A DNA stretch of 64,000 nucleotides from Callorhinchus milii (lineage: Eukaryota). A program made the translations under genes and the position numbers. The stretch covers positions 87,050,001 through 87,114,000 of the forward strand of contig NW_024704743.1 in the NCBI RefSeq assembly GCF_018977255.1, in the 5' to 3' direction. The notes under the pieces were generated by a model that had not been told where the DNA came from, did no database searches, and saw only the letters and a program-made list of their open reading frames with translations. Positions 38,367-49,860 of this stretch are shown here, in pieces (position 1 is the first letter of the stretch; each line of letters starts with the position of its first letter).

Positions 38367-39416
38367 ATTAATCAAATACTAGGTTACATCTTGAGGGGAT
38401 TTGCCTAAAAGTCAGAACACATTATTCCACCTTTGAGTAGATCACTGGTGAGTGAAGCATTGCCCTATAACAAGTGCGTTACTGTCATATCACCAATTAG
38501 TGTGTTATCCTTAAGGGGAATCCTGTTTTATAATATGTTGGAGCATAAGCCACTGATATCAATACCAGTCAATTATTACCCCTTACATCAAAGGGATTGA
38601 GAGCTCTTCTATTCGTTCTTTACTTCTGTAAAACATACAGGTGCACAAATAGCAATTGCCATTATTTAAACTTGTAGTTGCTGTGAAACCTTATCCCTCA
38701 TTTACTGTTCAGCAGCGTACTGAATGAACAGTCTGATCATAGAGTGAGCCTTGTCTGGGAAAAAAAAATATCAAACACTTTACTGTGTTTAAAGAACTGG
38801 ATACCAACCCAAATGGCTCTTTACATCCTGTAATGAATTATGAGCATGAGATTTTATAAAGGAATCACTGTGTGAAACATTCCAGTCTGTCAGGAGAGCT
38901 GCGAAAGGAAGCTCTCATTCTTTATCTAGCATTTCCCAGTCTCTTCCTGACTACAGTGAATAATTCACTAATAATTTGTAAATACAGTACTGCACAGAGC
39001 TGTTTAAGATAAACTGTGGATGACAAAATACCAACTTCCTGTTTCTGACTTCAGTGACATTATTAGTATGTATCTGGAAAGGTAGTTAATTTCAGGTTTA
39101 ATTGTATATCTAGTTTGGCGATGTACAGCACCACATGTCTGAGCTATTCAAAGACCAGCAGGAAATGGGATATTATATTAATATGTGCAGATTATAAATT
39201 TAACCCTTTAAAACAACTTGACACAATCAATAATTTACTTGTATAGGTGATTACAATTAAGTACCTGTCTGATAAGAGAAAATTCAGCTAAAGAGCAAGT
39301 GAATTTTATGTTACTGTTTTACATGCACCAAATATAAGTCTATTAGATGCGAATTTACAAGGAGGTGAAAATTGTGATGTATCTTAGTAGACAGACATGA
39401 CAGATATTCTATATCA

Positions 39417-39603
39417 TTGGCTAGACGCAAGAACATTTTGTCTTACAATTTAAGATTCGCAGACTGCAGATTTTTTTAAGTCAGTCTTAATTTGGAAGCC
39501 AGTTTTCGGTAGCTCTTAAGAGGAACCAGCTTCCAAATTAGGACTGGAATTAAGAATTTCTGCACAATCTTAAAATTTAAGATAAAATAGTCTTACTGGC
39601 TAA
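39417..39603. mobile_element. Palindromic MITE-like element
   Basis: Imperfect inverted repeat over its whole length; cagtcttaatttggaagc (39482-39499) pairs with gcttccaaattaggactg (39529-39546); related copies at 45.5 and 49.8 kb. Confidence 0.7.
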
Positions 39604-39747
39604 AAGGAGATGGGCTTCAGAAAATAGGGGGATTAACACATTGAATCTTTCAAAGAACATCACAACTTTCAGCCCCAAATGTGATTGTAACAGGTAAGAA
39701 TGTACCAGGAATGAGACAATCGTACGTGACCATACCACATACTTTTT

Positions 39748-40076
39748 GTGGAATTTCGTAGTTCAGTGTTTGGCGCGCTCACCTTGGAAATGAGAGGTCC
39801 TGGGTTCGATTCCCAGGCAGGGCAAAACCTCAGGCAAGTTTTCTTTCTCCACACACCTCTGTTTACCTAGCAGTAAGTAGGAATCCAGTTGTTAGTTGAT
39901 TGGCTTTCCATGGGTAAGAATCCCTCGCTAAAAAAATGCGTCTGTCATGCTGTGAGCAATTTTAAAGTATGCTAAGTATTTCGCCCACAATATATCCAGT
40001 CAATTCACTTTACAGTGAGACATCTTGACGACGTGATAAGGCGCTATATTAAATGCAAGGATGATTATTATTATTA
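39748..40076 (+). mobile_element. tRNA-derived SINE, long form, older copy with internal deletions
   Basis: gggttcgattcccaggcaggg B box; ctctgtttacctagcagtaagtagg segment; tail. Confidence 0.88.
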
Positions 40077-40107
40077 AGCACAAACAGGAGTGAGTACAAC
40101 GTAGCCT

Positions 40108-40232
40108 GTATATTTGCCCACAAATATACAACCAATTCATTTTACAGTCTATTCTGTGAAGCGCTTTGAGACGTCTAGAAGACATCTTCTAGGGAAAAGC
40201 GCTATATCAAATGCAAGGATGATTATTATCAT
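40108..40232 (+). mobile_element. Young SINE 3' fragment
   Basis: gcccacaaatatac..gaagcgctttgagacgtctag..gcgctatatcaaatgcaagg. Confidence 0.88.
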
Positions 40233-41123
40233 TAGAAATCTGACCAATGCATTCAACTGGTTTCTTTACATTGCATGTAATTCTATGTAAAGCAGGATTC
40301 ACTGCTGCTGGGGAATCTGTCTTGTTTAAATTGTGAAGCAGATTGATGGAAGTAAAGAATGAGGAGATCTTACCTCGTCCTGAGCAGCAGTGTATTTCTC
40401 CATTCCTTTAACCTTTATATTGCAGCATTGCCATCGGAGTTTGGGCTGCTGTTATCTCAGTGGTGCAATGCAAAGGTTGCAAGTGGAGAACTGTGATTCA
40501 CAGGCAGAGTTCAATTTCAACATCAAGTGTCCCTACTTTTCATGATAAATGGTGGGAGCTTTCAGGTTTGGATTTATTCAGTCATGAGTTTGCTTTTAAT
40601 ATCTGCCACTGTTGGGGGTGGGGGCTTGTGTATAAACATCAGCACGACTAGTTGGTCTGAATGTCCTGTTTCTATACTGTATCATTCCATGTAATTCTGT
40701 GTAACTAAGCCGTGCTGCGTTGACTATCAGTGCTGCCAACAAGTGAAAACATTTACACTGAACGATTTACAACTTACAATGGCATTAATGCAGTTTTATT
40801 GTAAAATAATAAGCATTCAGCAATTAGGCATCACCAGTATACATTATTAAAGATATTGAAATGCTGTAAGAATTCACAGTATGTTTTCTTGTTCAATTCC
40901 ATAAAGGTAATTTAAATCTGTGGCCATATTATTTTTGATGAAGCTGTGGTGAGTTTACAATCAAAGAAGGCTTTGTGTCTCTTCTGAACTGCTCCTACCA
41001 CCTCCTCTTAGTCAGTAGCTTTGGAGGTTCAGAACCATTTTTTAAAAAAAAACATTTTTAACGTTATTTTAACAACAACAACAAATTACATTTGTATAAT
41101 GCTTTTCATGTCAGGAGGATTTT

Positions 41124-41435
41124 ATAATATAATAATACTTGCATTTGATATAGCACTTTTCACGTTTTCTCGATGTCTCAAAGCGCTTCATAGAATAGAT
41201 TGTAAAGTGAATTGACCGTATATTTGTGGGTGAAATGTGGCAGCCAATTGCACACAGCAGTGTCCCACAAACAGTCGTGGATTGAAATTACCAATTTATT
41301 ATTGTTTTGTTTTGGAGGGATTATTATTAGGTGTGTGGAGTAAAGAAATTTGCCCAAGGTTTCGTCCTGTCTGGAATTGAACCCAGGTGTCTCGCTTGCA
41401 AGGCGAGTGCTCTAACCACTGAGCTACAGGACTTC
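41124..41435 (-). mobile_element. Young tRNA-derived SINE, short form
   Basis: Full-length match to the other copies. Confidence 0.93.
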
Positions 41436-41904
41436 ACTGATCTCTACTGCCAAATTTGATTGTGCAATTTTAAACTGAATGCAAGTGACCTATGCATCCT
41501 GACTAATTCCTATTACATGGGCAGGACTAAATGATGACACTTCGGAGAAAGTGAATGGAAATAGGTCTGGAAAAATTATATTTTAATGGAACACATCATT
41601 AATTCTCCTCAGCATGCAAGAATAATAATAATCCTTACATTTGAAATACTGTCTTATCACATCACTGTGGCTCAAGTGCTTCATAGAAACTGTGAATTGT
41701 AGTCACTGTGTATTTGTAGATGAAGGTGGCAGCCAAGTTGTACACAGCAATGTCCTAGCTGTGAAGTGAGTGACACATTTGATTTGGGGGATTGTTGGCC
41801 AGGACACTAGGCTATAAAAAGAAGATTTTCAGGCTCTAAACTTTGTTGTTGTAAGCTGTAAATACAATTAGTAGCAAAGAGTAGCCCATAGTGTGGTAAC
41901 TCAT

Positions 41905-42602
41905 GTTAGCTTGGCTCAGTTAGTAACATTTTTATCTTTGGTCAAAAGGTTGTGAGTTCATATTGGGATTTGACCAGGTTAACCCTTCATATGCTGTGGA
42001 GCACTGTTTTTTGGGGAGATACCTCCAACCTCCTCTCTCCTCACAGCAGTACCTGCTGCTTCCGCTCTACTGGCTCCAATCTCTTCCTTGTCCCTCGACT
42101 TCTCCGCTCCACCATTGGCGGCCGTGGCTTCAGCCACTACTCCCTGAAACTATGGAACTCCCTCCCGCAATTCCTTTGCCTTGCCCCCTCTTTCCCCATA
42201 TTCGGGTTGCGCTTGAATACCTTCCTCTTCGACCGTGCCTATGGTCACCTTTTCCCTCCTCCTGGCTCAGCATTGGGCTCCACCAATGTTAAGCGGCCTG
42301 GCACGCCGCACAGCATGGAGGGCGCTATATAAATGCAAGTTGTTGTCCTTTAGATAAGAAGTTAAACCAAGGTTTTACTTGCCTGTTCGGATGGAAGTTA
42401 AAATCCCATGATACTATTCAAAATGAGACGGTAGGATTTCTGATCAGCAATCCTCTAACTAAATTGGTTATTAACCTCACAGCAATTAATGGTACCTGGC
42501 TGTTAGTTTTGCCTACNAAAAACAGTCACTGCATGTGACAGCAATTAACTGTGAAGATGTTTGCACCTGACGAAGCCGTGTATCAAATATATAAAGATTA
42601 TA
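41905..42602 (+). mobile_element. Deu-domain SINE interrupted by an L2 fragment
   Basis: Head gttagcttggctcagttagta; the Deu core resumes after 42346 (gttaaaccaagg..gcctgttcggatgga..atcccatgatactattc). Confidence 0.75.
42018..42345 (+). mobile_element. L2 LINE 3' fragment with type-B tail
   Basis: RSTIGGRGFSHYSLKLWNSLP..LNTFLFDRAY; ends ggagggcgctatataaatgcaagttgttg. Confidence 0.92.
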
Positions 42603-43244
42603 AGTCCAGTGTAGAGATAAGTATGATCTAAGGGAAGTATCATACGATTGATAGAAAAGCACCTGCTCACAAACATTTGCTTTTTATTTTACTTCAAAAA
42701 ACATTTTCCATGCTTCTGTGTGAAACTCTGTATTGACGTATTCCAGCAAGGGGCAGAAGTACAAGAGTGAGATAACTCATTGGGATTCCCTTCCCAGAAC
42801 TCATGCCCTTCAGCTTCAGTCTCAGACGCCCAGCATATTTTTTTTGTGTAGAAATATTCTACTTTCCCGTCCAATGATTGCCACTCCTCTATTGAACGGG
42901 CTGACTCTGGCATCTTGTCGAAGTGACTGTAATGTGAGCCGAGACAAATTTTGCTCAAGAAAAGCCATGGTGTTTTTAACACCTGGCCATCAGAAAAAGT
43001 GCCTCACGAAGCAAACCAGGTTTTCAGCAGGGAATTCTATTATATGTCACACCAGATGGTTTTCCCTCTAACCTGAGATCTCCTCAAAGCATGAGTTGGC
43101 GCAAAGCAGAGAACTGGTTCCCTGTGGAAGATTCGATTTACGTCACAAGTAATATTTTACAGCAACGAGACACTAGTAACAGAACCACTTTCAAGAAGAA
43201 CATTTTACATACTGAAGTTTGTGTTCGTAGCCTATACGATTGTG

Positions 43245-43480
43245 GGCAGCATTACAGTTGAGCCTTATTCTTTCCTCAGCTGACATATATACACTTGCAT
43301 TTTTAATGGGAATCACTGGATAGAGATCAAGAGTTTGCATCCTGACTGATTTTTCCACTCCTTCACCCAAAGATAGGGAGGGCTATTGTTGCATCCCACT
43401 GGTCTCCTGGTAATCATTAGCTAACTTAGCACAAACTGGGCATTAAACTTGGTACCTTCCTACTCTGTATAGCTCAATTT
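43245..43480 (-). mobile_element. AmnSINE2-like SINE
   Basis: tcactggatagagatcaagag..ctgactgattttt..agctaacttagcacaaactggg..ggtaccttcct. Confidence 0.7.
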
Positions 43481-44003
43481 CACTGTCAGCAGCAGGGGAA
43501 CTTTGCAAATAGTCTTCCAAGAAAATTACATAAAATAAGCACTGAGGAGAGAGGGTGGTTCCTGAGTAATGAATACCTACCTGTGGTAATCAATCCTATA
43601 GTTTCCATCTCCTTTAAAGGCACCATCTGTCACATTGTAGCCTATTAAACGTTGTAAATAATCACCAGAATCTAAAATCCAGCTATGGCATCATATGATG
43701 TGTTGCTTCCAGAGGGGTTTTTTGCTTCCCTGCTGGCTGTGAGGTGTTGTTCCCAGCAGGAGAATGAAACAGCTTATATCATTCAAAGCACTTTTCTCCT
43801 TTGCTATCCTGCTCATGTTACAAGAAACCACTAGATGGGGTTAGATGGGAATGGGGGAGGAGAGCAAGAACATCATTTCTGATTTTGTTTTTTATTCCAG
43901 AGAAACATGAAATGCCCTCGTTGTTTCCTAAATTGGATTATAAAAACATGGTTAAGTAGTGATGTGCGGCTGCCTGTTTCTCTGTGTTTGCAGCCAGATG
44001 GGA

Positions 44004-44333
44004 GGACTTGAAAGCTCAGTGGTTAGAGCACTCGCTTTGCAAGTGAGAGACCTGAGTTCAATTCCAGGCAGAGGGCGAAACCTTGGGCAAGTTTCCTTAC
44101 TCCACACAGAGCCTAATAATAATCCCTCCAAAACTAAAAACAATAATTAAATTGGTCATTTTCAATCTACAACTGTTTGTGGGACATTGCTGTGCGCAAT
44201 TGGCTGCCGCGTTCGCCCACAAATATACAGTCAATTCACTTTACAGTGTGTTCTGTGAAGCGCTTTGGGACGTCCTCCCGACGTGAAAAGCGCTATATCA
44301 AATGCAAGGATTATTATCATTATTATTATTATT
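44004..44333 (+). mobile_element. Young tRNA-derived SINE, short form, youngest subfamily
   Basis: Near-identical to the 23488 and 31873 copies; tail contains gggacgtcctcccgacgtgaa, identical to the L2 tail. Confidence 0.95.
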
Positions 44334-44490
44334 GAAAGCTGAAGCCTGTTCGGTGATATGTTGATGCCACGTTTGCCTTGACCGATCTGACTCATATACA
44401 TATCTAGAATCATCTAACTGGAAACCTTAAAATAGTGTACCTGTGGCTGTGATTTTATTGCAGAGCTCCTGCTAATTTGAAATATTTTGA

Positions 44491-44745
44491 AGAGTCCTGC
44501 AGTGTATTGGTTAGTGCAAGCAATAGAAACAGGGTTAAATTGCCGGGCAGACTGTAACATAAGGCAAGTTTCCTTACTCTACACACTTCTGTTTACTTAA
44601 CAGTAAGTAGGATCCTGGTTGTTAATCAATTGGCGAATTGCCTTCCGTGGATAATAATCCCTTTAAAAAAATTAAAAATAATAATTTGGTCACTCAGTCC
44701 ATGACTATTTGTGGGACACTGCTGTGCGCAATTGGCTACTGCATT
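44491..44745 (+). mobile_element. tRNA-derived SINE, long form, degenerate and 3'-truncated
   Basis: gagtcctgcagtg head; ggcaagtttccttact..ctgtttacttaacagtaagtaggatcc. Confidence 0.8.
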
Positions 44746-44784
44746 TCATTCACAGTTGGCAGACACCAATATCCAGCACGCATG

Positions 44785-45049
44785 AAGTGGACAATTTTAC
44801 TGGGGGAGTGTTGGCCTAGATCTCAGGAGAAACTTTCTTCTCTTTTTCAATAGTGCTATGCCAATTTTAACATCCACCTGAACAAATTAGTTTAAAGTCT
44901 AATCTGAAGAACAGAATCTTGGATAATGCAGCTTGCCCCAGCACTGCATTGGAGTGTCATCTTAGACAGTCCATTTGACAACTATGGGTTACAACCCACA
45001 ACCTTCTGACTCAGAGGCAAGAGTTCTATGAACCGAGCCAGGCTGACAC
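44785..45049 (-). mobile_element. Deu-domain SINE
   Basis: ttaacatccacctgaac..gcactgcattggagtgtca..aacccacaaccttctgactcagaggc..gagccaggctgacac. Confidence 0.8.
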
Positions 45050-45499
45050 AGAAATCATCCAGAAGTTTAGCTATTCGGTTTACCAAAAAATATTTATTTT
45101 TTTACACCTTGAAAATACATTTCTATCAGTGTTGACAAATGATGTAAAGCGAATGTGATCTGAAAGCCATTTGGGTAAGGAGGCTGATCAAATAATTCCA
45201 AAGAGCAATAATTCCAGATTGAATAATTCCAGAAAATTCCACAAATAGAGTCTGCCCACCAATCCAATATTTGACTTGTAATATCAGTGAACTCAAACAA
45301 CAGAAAATAAAACTTCAGATCTTTTTATTGTTCAGGCAGCAAGCTAATCACAATCAAAACCAGATTTTGTGTTCAATTATTGGGACCAGCTGTTTGCAAG
45401 GGGATTCCCTCATAGCAAGTCAGGCCTAAATGCCATGCAGTCTCTTGTAAACCCAATTGGTTTTCAATTTAAGGTTACGCCTAATTGTTGAAAATGCTT

Positions 45500-45642
45500 A
45501 ACTAAAGTCTTAATTTGGAAGCAGGTATTCCACATTTCTTTTCTACAAAAAACAGCTTCCAAATTAACACTGCGTTTTTATGCATTTTCCACAATTCCTG
45601 CGAAATCTTAAATTTCAAGAAAGAAATTATCTTAGAGGCTAG
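45500..45642. mobile_element. Palindromic MITE-like element, second copy
   Basis: gtcttaatttggaagc..gcttccaaattaacac..aatcttaaatttcaaga, as in 39417-39603. Confidence 0.65.
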
Positions 45643-46171
45643 GACTTGGTGGAAATTTAGTCTGAGAATTGCAAATGAAGGAGAAAGTTTCTCTCAGTGT
45701 CCTGGCCAATGATTCCCCAGATGAAATTGTCGATCAAGTCATGGTTCTTTGTGGGACATTGCGGTGTGCAAATTGACTGCTGTGTTTCCCTACAAAATAC
45801 CTTCACAGTACAACCTGTAAAATAATTTGAGACATTCTCTTAACCTGAAAGACTCTATATGAAATGCAAGGTTTATTATTAATTATGATTATATTTTTGG
45901 AATTGTGAGGAATCTTGCCAATAATGGACAGCACCTCACAGCCTACTCATGGAAACCCCAAAGTGTACCAAAGGGGTTTTGTTTCCATGGGTCAGCTCTG
46001 CTTTGTATTATTATTTGCTGACATTTTTAAACATATATTTATGTTTTAAAAAGTCACCAATTATGTGGTGCTTTTGGAATGTATATATTTTTAAAAATCT
46101 ACAAGAGAAAATCAGAAAGTAACATACTCATACTTGTCCAAGACAATTGTCTAAAGGTCAGAATAAAGCAC

Positions 46172-46290
46172 TTATTACTGTGAGGGGAATGATAAGAGAG
46201 GTATACCACTGAAACAGTTATTACCGTAAGGTGGATAATAAGAGAGATATACCACTGAAACAGTTATTACTGTGAGGGGAATGATAAGAA
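46172..46290. repeat. Minisatellite, unit about 45-46 bp, about 2.5 copies
   Basis: ttattactgtgaggggaatgataagagaggtataccactgaaacag repeated with variation. Confidence 0.85.
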
Positions 46291-49260
46291 AGTTATTCCA
46301 GTACTGCTTTATTGAATAATGTTACACAAACATTAGATATGTAAACATCCTGACAAACATGTAATTTTAACACAGATGACATTGGATCTAATGCAAAAAT
46401 ACGCTCAGCTTCAGGAATGCAAAGCTGAATTGTGTTAAATAAGTTCTTTGCGAAGATGCGTCTGCAAATAATTTTCATTGAGTCATTGAAAAGCTTATTT
46501 TTGAAACATGCCATTGCCTCAACATTGAATGTTGCTCATCACCTAATCAGACAAACCCTTTAGGTGTCCTACCCAGTGTCCCTGTACCATTTGCAACTAC
46601 CTGCATAAATAGTTTGGATTTCCTGTATCCCATGGCCCTGATAACACTATGTTAATTGCAAGCCCTTCAGAGACTCAGTATACAAGGTTACAGCAACTGA
46701 TAAAGACCTAAGGATGATGAAATGCCTTAAAAAACCTAAAAAACAATGATAATAATAGCCTCTCTCCCAATATTAATCATATTGTGATTATCATGCATAA
46801 AAATAGCCCATCAAAAGACTTTTTTTAATTTTAGAATTGGAAACTAATTAAATTGCTGTACAATAACCAGTGCTAAGATAGTTGAGACCGATTACCTTGA
46901 GTGGTTGGATAACCTCATATCCGATGCTTTAGAAGCCTATTCCCTCATTTTATATGTACTGTGGTATAAAATATTCTCTGATCCTCAATGTAGCACATTT
47001 TTGTTTTCTAAAATGAATCCTATATGAATCACATCGCAGTCACAAGACAGTTCCAAAATATGACATTGCTGAGAGTTACTGACCTCTCCATTATGGTGAT
47101 AAAGTTCTAGCCAAAATACATCAGCTTGAGACGTGTTTCATTAGAAATATGTGCATGGTGTGTAGCTCCTCTCAGTATCTGGCACAGTCCAGTCTGCAGC
47201 CTGATAAGAAGCAAATGCAAATGTTTTGATAAGAACTGAATGCAAATATTTATGATATGATATTCCCTGGGAATTATGTGAGGATAAAACAAAATGTATT
47301 CTTTTCCCATTTCCCTTTCAGGTATGCCAAAATGCCCTTTTTGCCTTGCAATTTGCATTTTCTCAAAATTGATTCAGCTTGCGTATTATGTTCAGCAATT
47401 TGTTTGCCGAGGATGGTAATTAGTTACTGTAATTACAGAGATGACAGTTCCTAAATTGTTTTTAAAGCATTAGAGTGACTGTGTGCCAGAACATTGCAGT
47501 ACTTTTGGTTTTACGCTAGATGAGGAGAAGAGGTGGGGGATGGGGAAACATTGCCATTTAACAGCCAGTTCACTGGGTATTTTTATCCCATAGTATTTAG
47601 ATACTGACCACAGAATCGATATATTTTCATACAAATGTTTTGACGAGGTGAGCAGTGAATCAACTGAGGTCTGTAGGTCTCTTTCAACTTCCCTCTTGGA
47701 AAAATTCTACTCCTTTCATGCAGTCCACATGCCTCCTTGTGCTTTGATATTCATTGTTTGATATATGCCGGAAATAAAGCATGGGCATGCTGAAGCAAAG
47801 GACAATTTTACAGTTCAAGAAACACCACTAATTTCTGTTCATTTTAATACAAGATGATAAATGTGGAGATCAACAGAATTGTGAAATAAAAAAGGTAAAA
47901 ACTCCATGCAGTTAGGGTACTTTTGCTTATAAACTACATGGATGTAACTGGGACATTGCTGTGTGCAAACTTGGCTGCTGCAATATTGGTTTTCACCAAT
48001 AAAGTACGCAGTCACTACATTTTACAGTAAAATCCTGTGACATCTTATGAGTAGCACCCTTAGCTTAAAAGAACTTGTGGGTTAATAATGCACTTTTAGT
48101 TCATGTCATAAGGATAACAATACCAGGTATAGAAGATACTACAGGAAAAATGGCTCCACATTTAGGTTTATGGAAACATAGCCTGTTGTCTTAACATGGT
48201 AAACTGCTAGCAGAACTTTTCACTAGTTTTCTCTCTATTTGTGCAGCCATTGAACAGTCACAGACCATCCTGTCAAGGATGTGTACAGCCACAAGAGCCC
48301 AATGAGAAAGGACACAAAAGTAGAAGTGGCATTCTTTAATGCAAAATTCAGTGGACTATTTAATCCTTCTTAAATTCCTTGTTTCCTGGCCAAAGCCTTT
48401 GTCATTGTTTCAGGATAATGCCAAGTGCCAGGATAAGGGACATAAAGGTGCAGTACTAAACATTCTGGAGAAGGAAGGGGAATAGACATGATAGTTAATG
48501 TTACCAATGACATAAGTAGGAGTAGGATTGAGAAAAAAGAGTTTCAAGGATTGACAGATAGTTTAATCAAGAGAACTTCAAGGGTAGTAATCTCAGAATT
48601 ACTCCCAGTACCGCACGATAGTTAGCACAGGAACTGTACCATTAGGAAAGTGAACTGTGTGACCAGCCACTCCCAAATGTGTTCCCAAATACACAAAATA
48701 CACATAGTCTGTAAAGCATTTTGAGACGTCTCAACAACATGATAAGTTTCTATATCAAATACAAGGATTATTATAGTGCCTTGGGGATGGTACAAACTAA
48801 TATGAAGGGAAAGAGGAACAAGCGACAGATAAGAAAACCAAACATGGGGGATAAAGACATTTGAAGTAGGAAATAGAAAAGAGAAAAAATGAGAGGCAAA
48901 GAATAGATCAGTTGGATTAAATATAAAATGAATGCCAAACATAGTAGCAGGTTTGTCATGTATGTCTGTGAATATAGATTGGGAGATTGTTATGGATTGG
49001 CAAGCATTGGTGCTGAGGGAGAATGGAAGAAGGTTGGAGACAAATAAGAAAGATAGTAATGAAGACTTTAATAATCTTCTAGATCAGTACGTTTCTGGCC
49101 TAACAAAGAAGGAAGCAGTGCTTGATTTAACTCTAGGAAACAAAGTGGAGCAAATAAGGTAGGCATAGGAGAAGAGTTAGGAAAACATGAGTATGACAAA
49201 AGTAGATTCAATACAAAAATTGAAAAGCATCAGAGCAGCCAAAGGCAAGAGTATAAACTT

Positions 49261-49490
49261 GTCAGTTCATAGCATTCTGGTCTCTGGGTCAGAAAGTTGA
49301 TGGTTCAAGCACCACATTGGGACTTAACTCGCAGGCTAAACTGACACTTCAATGCAGAAGCAAGGGAGTGCTGCATTGTCAGAGACACCATTCTTCAGAT
49401 GAGATGTTAAATCAATGTCCCGTTTACCCGTTCAAATAAATTATTTAAGATCCCACGACACTATTTGAAAGAAAGGAGTTTCTCCCGATG
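49261..49490 (+). mobile_element. Deu-domain SINE nested in the CR1
   Basis: ggttcaagc..ctgacacttcaatgcag..gggagtgctgcattgtcagag..cagatgagatgttaaa..gatcccacgacactatt. Confidence 0.8.
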
Positions 49491-49766
49491 TTGCATGGAT
49501 TTGCCAAAGGTAAAATTAAATATTTCATGAGGAAATGCAGTGGATGTTGTGTTTATGGAACTTAAAAACCTGTTAGATAAGGTGCCGCATTAGGAGGCTT
49601 GTTGAAAAATAAGGTGTATAGTATTAAAGAGATTGCACACTTTTCAGAACGGAGAGCTGTCAGAAGTCAGCGATTGCTCTTTTCAATACACAATTCAGAA
49701 TTGGGTATTTAAATGGAGTTTTTCTCTCTTTTATCCTGGTTGATAAGCCACAAATTCCACTTAGTC

Positions 49767-49860
49767 TTAGCTGGTAAGACCATTTTTTCCTTAAAATTTA
49801 ACATTGCACAAAATTGCGCACAATCATTTAATTAAGTCTTAATTCAGAAGCTGGTTCTTT
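49767..49860. mobile_element. Half copy of the palindromic MITE-like element
   Basis: ttagctggtaagaccatttt..gtcttaattcagaagctggtt matches the reverse complement of 39524-39603. Confidence 0.6.

Noticed and set aside
40374..40420. Minus-strand exon before a gag|gtaaga donor (LKEWEKYTAAQDE or MGEIHCCSGR)
   Set aside because: No pyrimidine-rich acceptor, upstream stops in both frames and no recognisable protein.
46172..46290. CRISPR-like array
   Set aside because: Eukaryotic context, tandem units without unique spacers and no cas genes.
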